This document shows, piece by piece, positions 28,072 through 37,406 of a DNA stretch of 64,000 bases. Under the pieces are notes generated by a model. The model was not told the DNA's origin and did no database searches. It saw only the letters and a list, made by a program, of their open reading frames with translations. Both the position numbers and the translations under genes were made by a program. Numbering within the stretch: the first letter of the stretch is position 1; every line of letters starts with the position of its first letter. The DNA is from an uncultured Gemmatimonadales bacterium (GTDB lineage Bacteria > Gemmatimonadota > Gemmatimonadetes > Longimicrobiales > RSA9), in contig OY970192.1 in assembly GCA_963708135.1 (NCBI GenBank), positions 5,216,001 through 5,280,000 on the forward strand, in the 5' to 3' direction.

Positions 28072-29460
28072 ATGCCGATCACGAGCGTCAATCCCGCCAC
28101 GGGCGAGACCCTGCGGTCCTACGACGAGCTGACCGAGGGCCAGCTCGCCGAGCGGATTGCCCGCGCCGCCGCCGCCTTCGCCCGCCACCGCCGTACCTCG
28201 CTGGACGAGCGCGCGGCCGGCCTCGCCCGGGCGGCGGACATCCTGGAGGCGGAGGCGGACACGCTCGGCCGCCTCATGACGACCGAGATGGGGAAGCCGA
28301 TCGGCGCCGCCGTGGCCGAGGCGCGCAAGTGCGCATGGGCGTGCCGCTACTACGCCGAGAACGGCGCCGCCCAGCTCGCCGACCGGAGCGTCGAGACCGA
28401 CGCCGACCGGGCGTTCGTGCGATTCCTGCCGATCGGCCCCGTCCTCGCCATCATGCCCTGGAACTTCCCCTTCTGGCAGGTCTTCCGCTTCGCCGCGCCC
28501 GCGCTCATGGCCGGCAACGTCGGCCTCCTCAAGCACGCCTCGAACGTGCCGCAGTGCGCCCTCGCCATCGAGGACGTGCTGCGCCGCGCCGGCTTCGATG
28601 GCGACGAGTTCCAGGCCCTCCTCATCGGCTCCGGCCGGGTCGCCCGGGTGATCGACGATCCCCGCGTGCGCGCCGTCACGCTCACGGGCAGCACCAGCGC
28701 GGGCAGCGCCGTCGCCGCGCAGGCGGGCGGGCTCGTGAAGAAGACCGTCCTCGAGCTCGGCGGCAGCGATCCCTTCATCGTCATGCCCAGCGCCGACCTC
28801 GAGGCCGCCGTCGAGACCGGCGTCCAGGCGCGCGTGATCAACAACGGGCAGTCGTGCATCGCCGCCAAGCGTTTCATCGTGCACGAGGAGATCTACGAGC
28901 TCTTCCTGCGCCGCTTCGTCGAGCGAATGCGCAACCTGCGCGTCGGCGATCCGATGGAGCCCGCCACCCGCATCGGGCCGCTCGCCACCGCCGCCATCCG
29001 CGACGGTGTCCACGACCAGGTCATCGCGACCGCCCGCGCCGGCGCGCGCATCCTCTGCGGCGGCGAGAAGGCCGCCGGCCCGGGCAACTTCTACCCGCCC
29101 ACCGTGCTGGCCGAGATCCCCGAGGGCTCGCCCGCCTGGAAGGACGAGATCTTCGGGCCCGTCGCCGCCGTGTTCCGCGTCGCGGACGTCGATCACGCGC
29201 TGCGCCTGGCCAACGTCACCAGCTTCGGCCTCGGCAGCAGCGTCTGGACGCGGGACCCCGAGGAGCAGCAGCGCTTCATCGATGGGCTGGAGGCGGGCCT
29301 CACGTACGTGAACGCGATGGTCGCCTCCGATCCCCGCCTCCCTTTTGGCGGCGTGAAGGCCTCCGGCTACGGCCGCGAGCTCTCCGAGTTCGGCATCCAC
29401 GAGTTCGTCAACATCAAGGCCGTGCAGGTGGTGCGGGGCGGGAAGGCGGACGCCGGCTAG
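28072..29460 (+). CDS. NAD(P)-dependent succinate-semialdehyde dehydrogenase-like aldehyde dehydrogenase
   Basis: IMPWNFPFWQ, TGS, LELGGSDP, NNGQSCIAAKR, EIFGP, PFGGVKASGYGRE. Confidence 0.9.
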   Translation: MPITSVNPATGETLRSYDELTEGQLAERIARAAAAFARHRRTSLDERAAGLARAADILEAEADTLGRLMTTEMGKPIGAAVAEARKCAWACRYYAENGAAQLADRSVETDADRAFVRFLPIGPVLAIMPWNFPFWQVFRFAAPALMAGNVGLLKHASNVPQCALAIEDVLRRAGFDGDEFQALLIGSGRVARVIDDPRVRAVTLTGSTSAGSAVAAQAGGLVKKTVLELGGSDPFIVMPSADLEAAVETGVQARVINNGQSCIAAKRFIVHEEIYELFLRRFVERMRNLRVGDPMEPATRIGPLATAAIRDGVHDQVIATARAGARILCGGEKAAGPGNFYPPTVLAEIPEGSPAWKDEIFGPVAAVFRVADVDHALRLANVTSFGLGSSVWTRDPEEQQRFIDGLEAGLTYVNAMVASDPRLPFGGVKASGYGRELSEFGIHEFVNIKAVQVVRGGKADAG

Positions 29461-29496
29461 GTTTGCGGCCGGTCGGGCGAGGCGCTGCTCGGCGGC

Positions 29497-29534
29497 GAGA
29501 GTGGGAGAGTGGGAGAGTGGGAGACCGGGCGACG
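29497..29534. repeat. (GGGAGAGT)n repeat family copy, reverse orientation
   Basis: GAGAGTGGGAGAGTGGGAGAGTGGGAGACCGGGCGACG. Confidence 0.85.
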
Positions 29535-29764
29535 CGCGCGGCGGCCGAGCGCGCGCCGGCTGCGCCGGCATTGCAGCCACCGAACGCGCGCCGGGCCGGC
29601 GAGCTGCCCGCGGCAGTCGGGCCGGTGAGCCGCCGCACCCCGCGCGCCCGCCCCGCCCGGCACGGCACCCACTCTCCCACTCCGGGGTGGCAGTGCGGGG
29701 TAGGGAGTCCCCCACTCCGGGGTAGGGAGTCCCCCACTCTGGAACGGCGGCGCGGGGTCGGCCC

Positions 29765-30424
29765 CTAATGCACTCCGACCCGCACGCCCATGCTCAGGAT
29801 CGGCCAGACCCTGGCGTACTTCGCGATCTTGTCCTCCGCCTTCACCCGCTCCGCCTCGAGGTCCTGCCGGAACTGCGCGTCCTGGCTGGCGGGGCCCGTG
29901 ACGTTCAGGGCCAGCGTGGGGGTGCCGATCGCCGCGGCGCCGAGGTCGACGAAGAAGCCCACGCCGTGCGTCGCCGCGCGGCCCCAGCCGATCGTGGCGT
30001 AAGGCGCCGTGGTCCTGTGATCCAGCGCTCCGGTCAGCGTCCCGACCTCGGAGCCCTGGTAGGTCTGGCCGTTCACGGTGACCGTTCCGGTGTAGATCGC
30101 GCGCAGGGCGATGTCGCGGGGCTTGAAGAGGAACCCGCCGCTCACGCGGAAGTCCCCGCCCAGCGGGAAGATGTCGAGGCTGACGTTGTAGACGGAGCCG
30201 GGCGGGCTCACACGGTACTCGACGTCGGTGACCAGGCCCGTGACGTGAACCGGCAGCGCGCCGATCCCGCCGCGGACGGCCAGGAACCTGTTCACGCCGA
30301 TCGAGGCCTCGCCGCCCAGGCCGAGGGTGCCGAACCGGGCAGCCAGGCCGAGCTGCTGCGCGGCTGCGGATACGGACGGAACGAGGACCACCAGTGCGGC
30401 GGCCGCAACCAGGAAGCGCTTCAT
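29765..30424 (-). CDS. Outer-membrane beta-barrel hypothetical protein
   Basis: Signal peptide, GTLGLG motif, PYATIGWG, terminal beta strand. Confidence 0.7.
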   Translation of the reverse strand: MKRFLVAAAALVVLVPSVSAAAQQLGLAARFGTLGLGGEASIGVNRFLAVRGGIGALPVHVTGLVTDVEYRVSPPGSVYNVSLDIFPLGGDFRVSGGFLFKPRDIALRAIYTGTVTVNGQTYQGSEVGTLTGALDHRTTAPYATIGWGRAATHGVGFFVDLGAAAIGTPTLALNVTGPASQDAQFRQDLEAERVKAEDKIAKYARVWPILSMGVRVGVH

Positions 30425-30586
30425 CGCTCACCTTCCAGGACTGTGGTTGTGGGGCCGTCGGGAGAGGGACGGTTCGGATGCGCGCCGCGCGACGCGCACC
30501 CCGGATGATAGTGGCGGCGGCCCGAATCGCCAAGGCCTTGGCGCGTCCCGACTTGACGTCGCCGCTCCGGGTCCGGATACTGCTTC

Positions 30587-30812
30587 ATGGCCACGCAGCA
30601 GCCCGAAGCGCCGACGCACGGCATCGCGCCCGAAGCCTTCCGCTACCGCTACATCATCGCCGCCACCGTCACGATGGCCTCGATGCTCGAGCTGCTGGAC
30701 ACGAGCATCGTGAACGTGGCGCTCCCCGAGCGGCCTCGCCTTCCCCGCCGCCCTGCCGCTCCTCTTCATCATGAAGAGGACCCGCAACCAGGGCGCCGGG
30801 ACCGCCCATTGA
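30587..30812 (+). pseudogene. Internally deleted DHA2 (EmrB/QacA) MFS transporter
   Basis: N-terminal ASMLELLDTSIVNVALP joined at about 30728 to a last-helix-like SGLAFPAALPLLFIMKR...AH* in another frame. Confidence 0.75.
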
Positions 30813-30829
30813 CCAACCGGAGCCACTCG

Positions 30830-32755
30830 ATGCCCGACCGTCTACGCCGGCTGACCGCGCGCGCGAGCGCCGCCGCGCCCGCGCTCCTCCTCGCCCTCCT
30901 GCCCTTTCAGGCGACGGCGCAGCACGCGCCCGCCCGGCGCGTGGCCGGCTTCGACGTCTACGAGGCCTCCATCCCCGCTCTCGACTCCGCGCTGGCGGCC
31001 GGCCGGGTCACCTCCGTCCAGCTGGTGGACGCCTACCTCGCGCGCATCGCCGCCTACGATCAGGCGGGGCCCCGGCTCGACGCCATCCTGCGCCTGAACC
31101 CGCACGCCCGCGAGGACGCCGCCCGCCTCGACGCCGAGCGCCGCGCCGGCCACCTGCGCGGGCCGCTGCACGGGATCCCCATCATCCTCAAGGACAACTA
31201 CGGCACCAGCGACATGCCCACGACCGGCGGCTCCGTCGCCCTGGCCGGCGTGGTGCCGCCCGCCGATGCCACGCAGGTGGCGAGGCTGCGGGAAGCGGGC
31301 GCGATCATCCTGGCCAAGGCCAACATGCACGAGCTGGCCAGCGGCATCACCACGGTCAGCTCGCTCGGCGGCCAGACGCGGAACCCCTACGATCCCGCGC
31401 GCTACCCCGGCGGCTCGAGCGGCGGCAGTGCCGTGGCGGCGGCGGCCAGCTTCGGCGCCATCGCCTACGGCAGCGACACGTGCGGCTCCATCCGCATCCC
31501 CGCCGCCTACAACGACCTGTTCGGGCTGCGGCCCACGAAGGGACTGTCCAGCATCGCCGGGATCATCCCGCTCTCGCACACGCAGGACGTGGCGGGGCCG
31601 CTCGCGCGCACCGTCACCGACCTCGCCATCGGGCTCGACGCGACCGTCGGGCCGGATTCAGCCGATCCGGCCACGCGCATCCTGGATGGCCGCGAGACGC
31701 CCCGCTTCCGCGCCGCGCTCGATGCCGGCGCGCTCTCCGGCGCCCGCCTCGGCGTGCTGAGGGAGTACTTCGGCAACGCCGCCGCCAATGCCGTGGCGGA
31801 CAGCGTGGTGCGCGCCGCGATCGGGCGCATGAAGGAGAGCGGCGCGGACGTCGAGGAGGTCGCCATCCCGGGGCTCGACAGCCTCGTCCACCGCGCCTAC
31901 GTGATCGACCTCGAGTTCCGCTTCGATCTCCAGGACTACCTGGCCCGCATCCCGCGCGCGCCCGTCCACTCGCTCGACGAGATCCTGAGCCGGGGGCTCT
32001 ACCACGAGGCGCTGTCCGCCTCGCTGCACCGTCGCGACACCGTGCGCACGCGCGACAGCGAGCGCTACCGCGAGGCGTTGGCCGACAGGGAGCGGGCGCG
32101 CGCCCTGGTCGTCCGCACCCTCGACGAGCGACACCTCGACGCGCTCCTCTATCCGACCATGCGCCGCGAGCCCGCCCTCATCGGCCAGCCGCAGCCCGGC
32201 TCCACCTGCTTCCTCAGCGCCGTCACCGGACTACCCGCCCTGGCCGCGCCCGCCGGCTTCACTCCCGATGGGCTGCCCCTCGGCGTCGAGCTGCTCGGCC
32301 GCCCGCTCGACGATGCGCGGCTGCTCGCCTTCGCCTACGCCTACGAGCGGGCGACCCACCCGCGCCGGCCTCCCGACGCCACGCCGCCGCTCGTCGCCGG
32401 ACGCGCGCCGGCGCCCGTCTCCCTCGCGCTCGAGGATGCCCCGGCCGCCCCGGCGGCGCACGCCGAGCTGGCCTTCAATGCGCCCACCGCGGCCCTGCGC
32501 TACCACGTCCGGGTGAACGCGCCCGCCGGCGACGTCTACGCCGTCGGCATCCACCGCCAGATGGCCGACGCGCGGGGGCCGATGCTCTTCCATCTCGGGG
32601 GACCGGGAATGGCCGAGGTGGCCGGAGAGCTGACGCTCGACGCGCCGGCGCGCGCGGACCTGCGGGCGGGGCGGCTCGCCCTCGTCGTCTACACCCGGGA
32701 GCACCCGCTCGGGCAGCTCGTGGGGCGGCTCGCGCTGCCGGCGGCGCCTCGCTAG
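30830..32755 (+). CDS. Secreted amidase signature protein with C-terminal CHRD-like domain
   Basis: GPLHGIPIILKDN, GGSSGGS, GSDTCGSIRIP; C-terminal VYTREHPLGQLVG; GGAG RBS. Confidence 0.85.
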   Translation: MPDRLRRLTARASAAAPALLLALLPFQATAQHAPARRVAGFDVYEASIPALDSALAAGRVTSVQLVDAYLARIAAYDQAGPRLDAILRLNPHAREDAARLDAERRAGHLRGPLHGIPIILKDNYGTSDMPTTGGSVALAGVVPPADATQVARLREAGAIILAKANMHELASGITTVSSLGGQTRNPYDPARYPGGSSGGSAVAAAASFGAIAYGSDTCGSIRIPAAYNDLFGLRPTKGLSSIAGIIPLSHTQDVAGPLARTVTDLAIGLDATVGPDSADPATRILDGRETPRFRAALDAGALSGARLGVLREYFGNAAANAVADSVVRAAIGRMKESGADVEEVAIPGLDSLVHRAYVIDLEFRFDLQDYLARIPRAPVHSLDEILSRGLYHEALSASLHRRDTVRTRDSERYREALADRERARALVVRTLDERHLDALLYPTMRREPALIGQPQPGSTCFLSAVTGLPALAAPAGFTPDGLPLGVELLGRPLDDARLLAFAYAYERATHPRRPPDATPPLVAGRAPAPVSLALEDAPAAPAAHAELAFNAPTAALRYHVRVNAPAGDVYAVGIHRQMADARGPMLFHLGGPGMAEVAGELTLDAPARADLRAGRLALVVYTREHPLGQLVGRLALPAAPR

Positions 32756-32798
32756 CGCCGCGATCCGGAGGCGGCCTGCGCGCGAACCCCGGCAGCGC

Positions 32799-33941
32799 TC
32801 AGTCGGGTCCGGAGCCGCGGAAGCGGTCGAGCCGGAACGGTGTAAGGTCGAACGCCGTCGTGCCGGTCAGGGCGAGGTCCGCCAGGATCTCGCCGATCGC
32901 GGGCGAGAACTTGAAGCCGTGGCCCGAGCACGGGCTGGCCACGAGCACCGCCGGGTGCGCCGGGTGCGCATCGATCAGGAAATGCGAGTCCGGCGTGTTC
33001 GTGTACATGCAGGCGGCCGTTTCGGTGCACGGCCCCGCCGCCGCCGGCAGGTACGCCCGCACGAGGTCCCCCAGGGGCGCGACCTCCGCCGGCTTCACCT
33101 CCCGCCTCAGCGCTTCGGGGCGCGACACCGCCTCGCCGTGGTGGTGGGCCGCCACCTTGACGCCGTGCCCGGTGTCGGGGAAGCCGTACCATACGCGGCC
33201 CGGCGAGAGCTCGTGCAGGAAGATCGGGAAGCGCTCGGGCGCGTAGAGCGGCGTCGGCACCGATGGGCCGAACCAGGCGAGCACCGCCCGCTCGATCTCG
33301 AGCGGAAGCGCCAGCTCCGGCACGAGGCCGCCAAGCCATGCCCCGGCCGCGAGGATCAGCCGTGCCGCCGCGTAGCGGCCGCCCGCGGTACGCACCTCGA
33401 CCACGTCGCCGTCCGCCGTCCAGGAGACGACCGGCTCGCCGAGCCGCAGGTCCGCGCCGGCTGACCCTGCCAACCCGAGCTGCGCCGCGATCGCCCGCTC
33501 CGGGAAGAGCAGTCCCGCGCGCGGCTCCAGGACCGCCACCGAGTCGTCCGGCGGACGGAATCCCGGCACGCGACGCCGCACCTCGTCCGCCGTGAGCACC
33601 TCGTGGGCGAGGCCGTGGGTCTCCGCGCTCCGGAGCGCGCCCGCCACCAGCTCGCCGTCGGGCGGGCCGACCATCAGCCCGCCGGTCCGCACCAGCAGTC
33701 GCGCACCGGTCCGCTCCTCGAGCCGCTCCCACAGGGCGTAGGCCCGCTGTACCAGCGGCACGTAGAGCGGGTGCTCGAAGTAGGCCTCCCGGATGATCCG
33801 CGAGCGCCCGTGCGAGGAGCCCAGCGCGTGGGGCGGCGCGTACCGGTCCAGCCCCAGCACCCGCGCCCCGCGCCCCGCCGCCTCGGCCGCCGCCGCGCTC
33901 CCCATCGCCCCGAGCCCCACCACGATCACGTCGTACGCCAT
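32799..33941 (-). CDS. solA: N-methyl-L-tryptophan oxidase / monomeric sarcosine oxidase
   Basis: GLGAMG, GSSHGRSRIIR, CMYTNTPD.HF, CSGHGFKF. Confidence 0.9.
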   Translation of the reverse strand: MAYDVIVVGLGAMGSAAAAEAAGRGARVLGLDRYAPPHALGSSHGRSRIIREAYFEHPLYVPLVQRAYALWERLEERTGARLLVRTGGLMVGPPDGELVAGALRSAETHGLAHEVLTADEVRRRVPGFRPPDDSVAVLEPRAGLLFPERAIAAQLGLAGSAGADLRLGEPVVSWTADGDVVEVRTAGGRYAAARLILAAGAWLGGLVPELALPLEIERAVLAWFGPSVPTPLYAPERFPIFLHELSPGRVWYGFPDTGHGVKVAAHHHGEAVSRPEALRREVKPAEVAPLGDLVRAYLPAAAGPCTETAACMYTNTPDSHFLIDAHPAHPAVLVASPCSGHGFKFSPAIGEILADLALTGTTAFDLTPFRLDRFRGSGPD

Positions 33942-34008
33942 GCGTCGCCTCCGCCGCGCTTCGTCGCCTCCCGATGAAGCTCGGCCCCGCCGACCTCCGG
34001 CGGGGCCA

Positions 34009-34081
34009 CTGGGGCGGCAGGGTTCGAACCTGCAACCTGCCGGTTAACAGCCGGCCGCTCTGCCTGTTGAGCTACGCCCCA
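34009..34081 (-). tRNA. tRNA-Asn (GTT), CCA not encoded
   Basis: Cloverleaf TGGGGCG/CGCCCCA, D-arm GCTC/GAGC, anticodon arm GCCGG-CTGTTAA-CCGGC, T-loop TTCGAAC. Confidence 0.97.
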
Positions 34082-34099
34082 TCCTGCACGCACACCACG

Positions 34100-34130
34100 A
34101 AAAAAAGGCCCCCCCCCGAGGGAGAGGGCC
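34100..34130 (-). terminator. Intrinsic terminator 18 nt upstream of tRNA-Asn
   Basis: GGCCCUCUCC-CUCG-GGGGGGGGCC hairpin (G-U pairs work only on the - strand) followed by U7. Confidence 0.85.
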
Positions 34131-34294
34131 CGGATTCGCGCGATCGGTCCTCCCGATCAGTCGCCCCGCGCCGGCACGCGCGGGAACCCGGCCGCCTCTC
34201 CCCTGCGGGAGCGCGGGTTTCGCTGCGCTGTCCACGAATTTCGGGTTCCGAGCATGTTCGCCGCCGGTCGCGGTTGTATACAGAGGCTGCCGAA

Positions 34295-34323
34295 AAGCTC
34301 GCCGCCCGCCCCCCCGTTGTCAA
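34295..34323 (-). promoter_or_regulatory. Candidate promoter TTGACA-N17-GAGCTT for the tRNA leader
   Basis: Perfect -35 and 17-nt spacer; -10 retains the conserved A and T. Confidence 0.5.
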
Positions 34324-34631
34324 CCCTGCCGCCCGGCCGCGTCACGCCCGCGCCCATGCAACCCATCTCGCGCTCGGAGCGTCCAATGAGATGGAGCGGG
34401 CTCGTCCCGCTCGGCTCCGTGGTCGCGGGTCGCGGTTGGGCCCGCGCCCGGAGCAGGAGCAGCATCCCACCTCTCGAGGGAGCGGACGTGCGGGTCCGCT
34501 CCCTCGTCTCCTGTCCGGAACCCCGGACCGCTGCCCTGTTCCGAACGCACTACGATCCGCTTATCTTCAGTAGCAGTCGAGACTTTCAGAACCGAGCGTC
34601 GCTATATGTCCCATCTGAGGAAGCCCCGTTC

Positions 34632-37406
34632 GTGAGGGACGCGCGCGAGTCGCATAGCGGGCGCGGGGAGGCCGCGGCGAGCTCCGGGGCGGGGGCCGTC
34701 CGGGGCGCGGGCAGGCCACAGGAGCCCGCGGCCACGCTGCACGAGCGGCGGTTGCGGAAGCTGCTGGAGAACGCGCTGGAGTCGGTGACGGTGCTGTCGC
34801 CGGACGGCGAGATCATGGAGCACAGCGTCGCGCTGGAGCGGATGCTGGGCTACGACCCGGGTGAGCTGCGGGGCGAGCACGCGTTCGGGCTGGTGCATCC
34901 GGCCGACCGGGAGGCTACGGAGGCGGTCTTCCGGGATCTGCTCGCGCGGCCGACGGGCTCGGTCGTCACGCACGAGTATCGCTGCGTGCGAAAGGATGGC
35001 GGCCTCGCCTACCTCGAGTCCGTGGCCACGAACCTGGTGGACGATCCCGACATCGGCGGGGTGGTGGTCAACTCGCGGGACGTGAGCGCACGCAAGCGGG
35101 CGGAGCGCGAGCTGGCCGCGCGGGAGGCGCATCTGCGGGCGATCCTGGATGCGGAGCCGGAATGCGTGAAGCTCGTGGGCCCGGACGGCGCGATTCTGGA
35201 CATGAACCCGGCCGGCCTGGCGATGCTGGGCGCGGAGGAGCTCCCGGAGATCATCGGCCGCTCGATCTACGGCTTCGTCGCGCCGGAGCACCGGGACGCC
35301 TACCGCCACGTGCACGCGGCGGCGCTGCGGGGAGGGGGCGGCAGGCTGGAGTTCCAGCTCCTGGGGCCGCCCGACCAACCCCCGCGCTGGATGTCCAGCC
35401 ACATGGTGCCGCTGCGCGGTCCCGGCGGCGCGGTGGCGGCCGTCCTCTCCATCGCCCGGGACGTGACGGAGCAGCGCCGCGCGCGCGACGCGCTCGCCGC
35501 CAGCGAGCGGCGCTTCCGGGCGCTGCTCGAGGCGCTTCCGGTCGGCGTGGTGGTCGCCGATGCGGGCGGCGCGCTGCTCGAGGCCAACCCCGCCGCGCTG
35601 CACGCCTGGGGGGCGGAGCGGCTGGAGGCCAGCCCCCGAGAGTACACGCAGTTTCACGCCCGCCGGATGCCGTCCGGCGAGCCGCTGCCGGCCGGGGACT
35701 GGGCCATGGCGCGCGTGCTCCGCGGCGAGATGGTGGAGAACCCGGAGGAGTTGGAGATCGAGGCGTTCGACGGGGTGCGTCGTCGCCTGCTGCACTACGC
35801 CTTCCCGCTACGCGACGAGGCCGGCAGCCTCACCGGCGGCGTGGTGGTCCTGGTCGATCTGACGGCGCTGCGTGCCACCGAAGCGGCGCTCCACGAGAGC
35901 GAGAGCCGGCTCCGTCTCTCCCTGGAGCGCATGCCCGCCGTGCTCTGGATGACCGACGCGGAGCTGCGCCTCACGTGGGCCGAGGGCGCCGGCTTCACCG
36001 GCATCGGCGTCGCCCCCGCCGAGCGGATCGGGCAGAGCCTGTTCGAGTTCTTCGAGACCGGCGACGCCGCCTTCGCGCCGATCGCCGCCCACCGCCGCTC
36101 TCTCGCCGGCGAGACCGTTGACTACGAGATGGACTGGGCGGGGCGCACCTTCCACGCGCACGTCCAGCCGCTGCGCGAGGGAGAGCGCATCACCGGCGTG
36201 ATCGGCTTCGCGCTCGACCTGACCGAGCAGCGGCTGCTCGAGTCGCAGCTCCACCAGGCGCAGAAGATGGAGGCGGTGGGCCGCCTGGCCGGCGGCATCG
36301 CCCACGACTTCAACAACATCCTCACCTCGATCCAGGGCTTCACCGAGCTGCTCCTCGGCGACGCCGACCGCGCCGACCCGCGCCGCGCCGACCTCGAGGA
36401 GATCCGCCGCGCGGCCGAGCGCGCCGCCTCCCTGACCCGCCAGCTCCTGGCCTTCAGCCGCAGGCAGGTGCTCCAGCCGACCGTCCTCGATCTCGGCGAC
36501 GTCCTCACCGCCATGGAGCCGATGCTCCGCCGCGTCATCGGCGAGGACATCGCCTTCACCGTGGACGCCGATCCGCAGGCGGGCCGCGTCGAGGCCGACC
36601 CCGGCCAGATGGAGCAGGTCATCCTGAACCTCGTCGTGAATGCCCGCGATGCCATGCCCGGCGGCGGTCGGCTGACCGTCTCCACCGCCGCCCGCTCCGT
36701 CACCGCCGCCGAGGCCGCGAGGCTGAACGGGATCCGCCCCGGCCCCTATGTCGAGCTGCGCGTCCGCGATACCGGCGTCGGCATCGACCCCGAGACCCGC
36801 GCGCGCATCTTCGAGCCGTTCTTCACCACGAAGGAGCATGGCCGGGGCACCGGCCTCGGGCTCAGCACCGTCTACGGCATCCTCGACCAGAGCGGCGGCA
36901 CGGTCGCCGTGGACAGCGCCCCCGAAGGCGGCACGCTCTTCCGCGCCCTGCTGCCGCGCACCGAGCGCGTGCCCGCCGCGCCGCGGCCCCGCCGGGAGGC
37001 CGACGCGGCCCCACGCACCACGGAAGCCACCGTGCTGCTCGTGGAAGACGACGCCGCCGTCCGCGCCCTGGCCGTGCGCGCGCTGCGGCGCGCCGGCTAC
37101 CACGTCCTCGAGGCCGCCGACGGCGCCGGTGCACTGGCCGTCCTCGAGGACGCCGCGCGCGGAGTCCAGCTCGTCGTCACCGATGTCGTGATGCCCGGGA
37201 TGGGGGGCCGCGAGCTCGCCTCGCGCATCGCGGAGCGCTGGGGCGCGATCCCCATCCTCTTCACCTCCGGCTACACCGAGGACGAGGTGCTGCGTCGCGG
37301 GATCCGCGAGCTCGACGAGGACTTTCTCGCCAAGCCGTTTTCGCCGGAGGAGCTCGCGGGGGCGGTCGCGGGGATTCTCGGGCGGGGTGAGGGTGAGGGG
37401 GGGTGA
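34632..37406 (+). CDS. Cytoplasmic multi-PAS hybrid histidine kinase with C-terminal receiver
   Basis: Four PAS-like repeats, QKMEAVGRLAGGIAHDFNN, NARDAM, FFTTK, GTGLGL, REC TDVVMP/LAKPF; start uncertain. Confidence 0.9.
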   Translation: MRDARESHSGRGEAAASSGAGAVRGAGRPQEPAATLHERRLRKLLENALESVTVLSPDGEIMEHSVALERMLGYDPGELRGEHAFGLVHPADREATEAVFRDLLARPTGSVVTHEYRCVRKDGGLAYLESVATNLVDDPDIGGVVVNSRDVSARKRAERELAAREAHLRAILDAEPECVKLVGPDGAILDMNPAGLAMLGAEELPEIIGRSIYGFVAPEHRDAYRHVHAAALRGGGGRLEFQLLGPPDQPPRWMSSHMVPLRGPGGAVAAVLSIARDVTEQRRARDALAASERRFRALLEALPVGVVVADAGGALLEANPAALHAWGAERLEASPREYTQFHARRMPSGEPLPAGDWAMARVLRGEMVENPEELEIEAFDGVRRRLLHYAFPLRDEAGSLTGGVVVLVDLTALRATEAALHESESRLRLSLERMPAVLWMTDAELRLTWAEGAGFTGIGVAPAERIGQSLFEFFETGDAAFAPIAAHRRSLAGETVDYEMDWAGRTFHAHVQPLREGERITGVIGFALDLTEQRLLESQLHQAQKMEAVGRLAGGIAHDFNNILTSIQGFTELLLGDADRADPRRADLEEIRRAAERAASLTRQLLAFSRRQVLQPTVLDLGDVLTAMEPMLRRVIGEDIAFTVDADPQAGRVEADPGQMEQVILNLVVNARDAMPGGGRLTVSTAARSVTAAEAARLNGIRPGPYVELRVRDTGVGIDPETRARIFEPFFTTKEHGRGTGLGLSTVYGILDQSGGTVAVDSAPEGGTLFRALLPRTERVPAAPRPRREADAAPRTTEATVLLVEDDAAVRALAVRALRRAGYHVLEAADGAGALAVLEDAARGVQLVVTDVVMPGMGGRELASRIAERWGAIPILFTSGYTEDEVLRRGIRELDEDFLAKPFSPEELAGAVAGILGRGEGEGG

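Noticed and set aside
29695..29740. Tandem duplication of GGGGTAGGGAGTCCCCCACTC
   Set aside because: Two adjacent copies without a spacer; treated as part of the local repeat region
33900..34081. tRNA as an integration site of a genomic island
   Set aside because: No integrase and no duplicated tRNA 3' end noticed
34100..34290. T-box or other known riboswitch in the tRNA leader
   Set aside because: No T-box, SAM-I, TPP, glycine or ydaO consensus recognised
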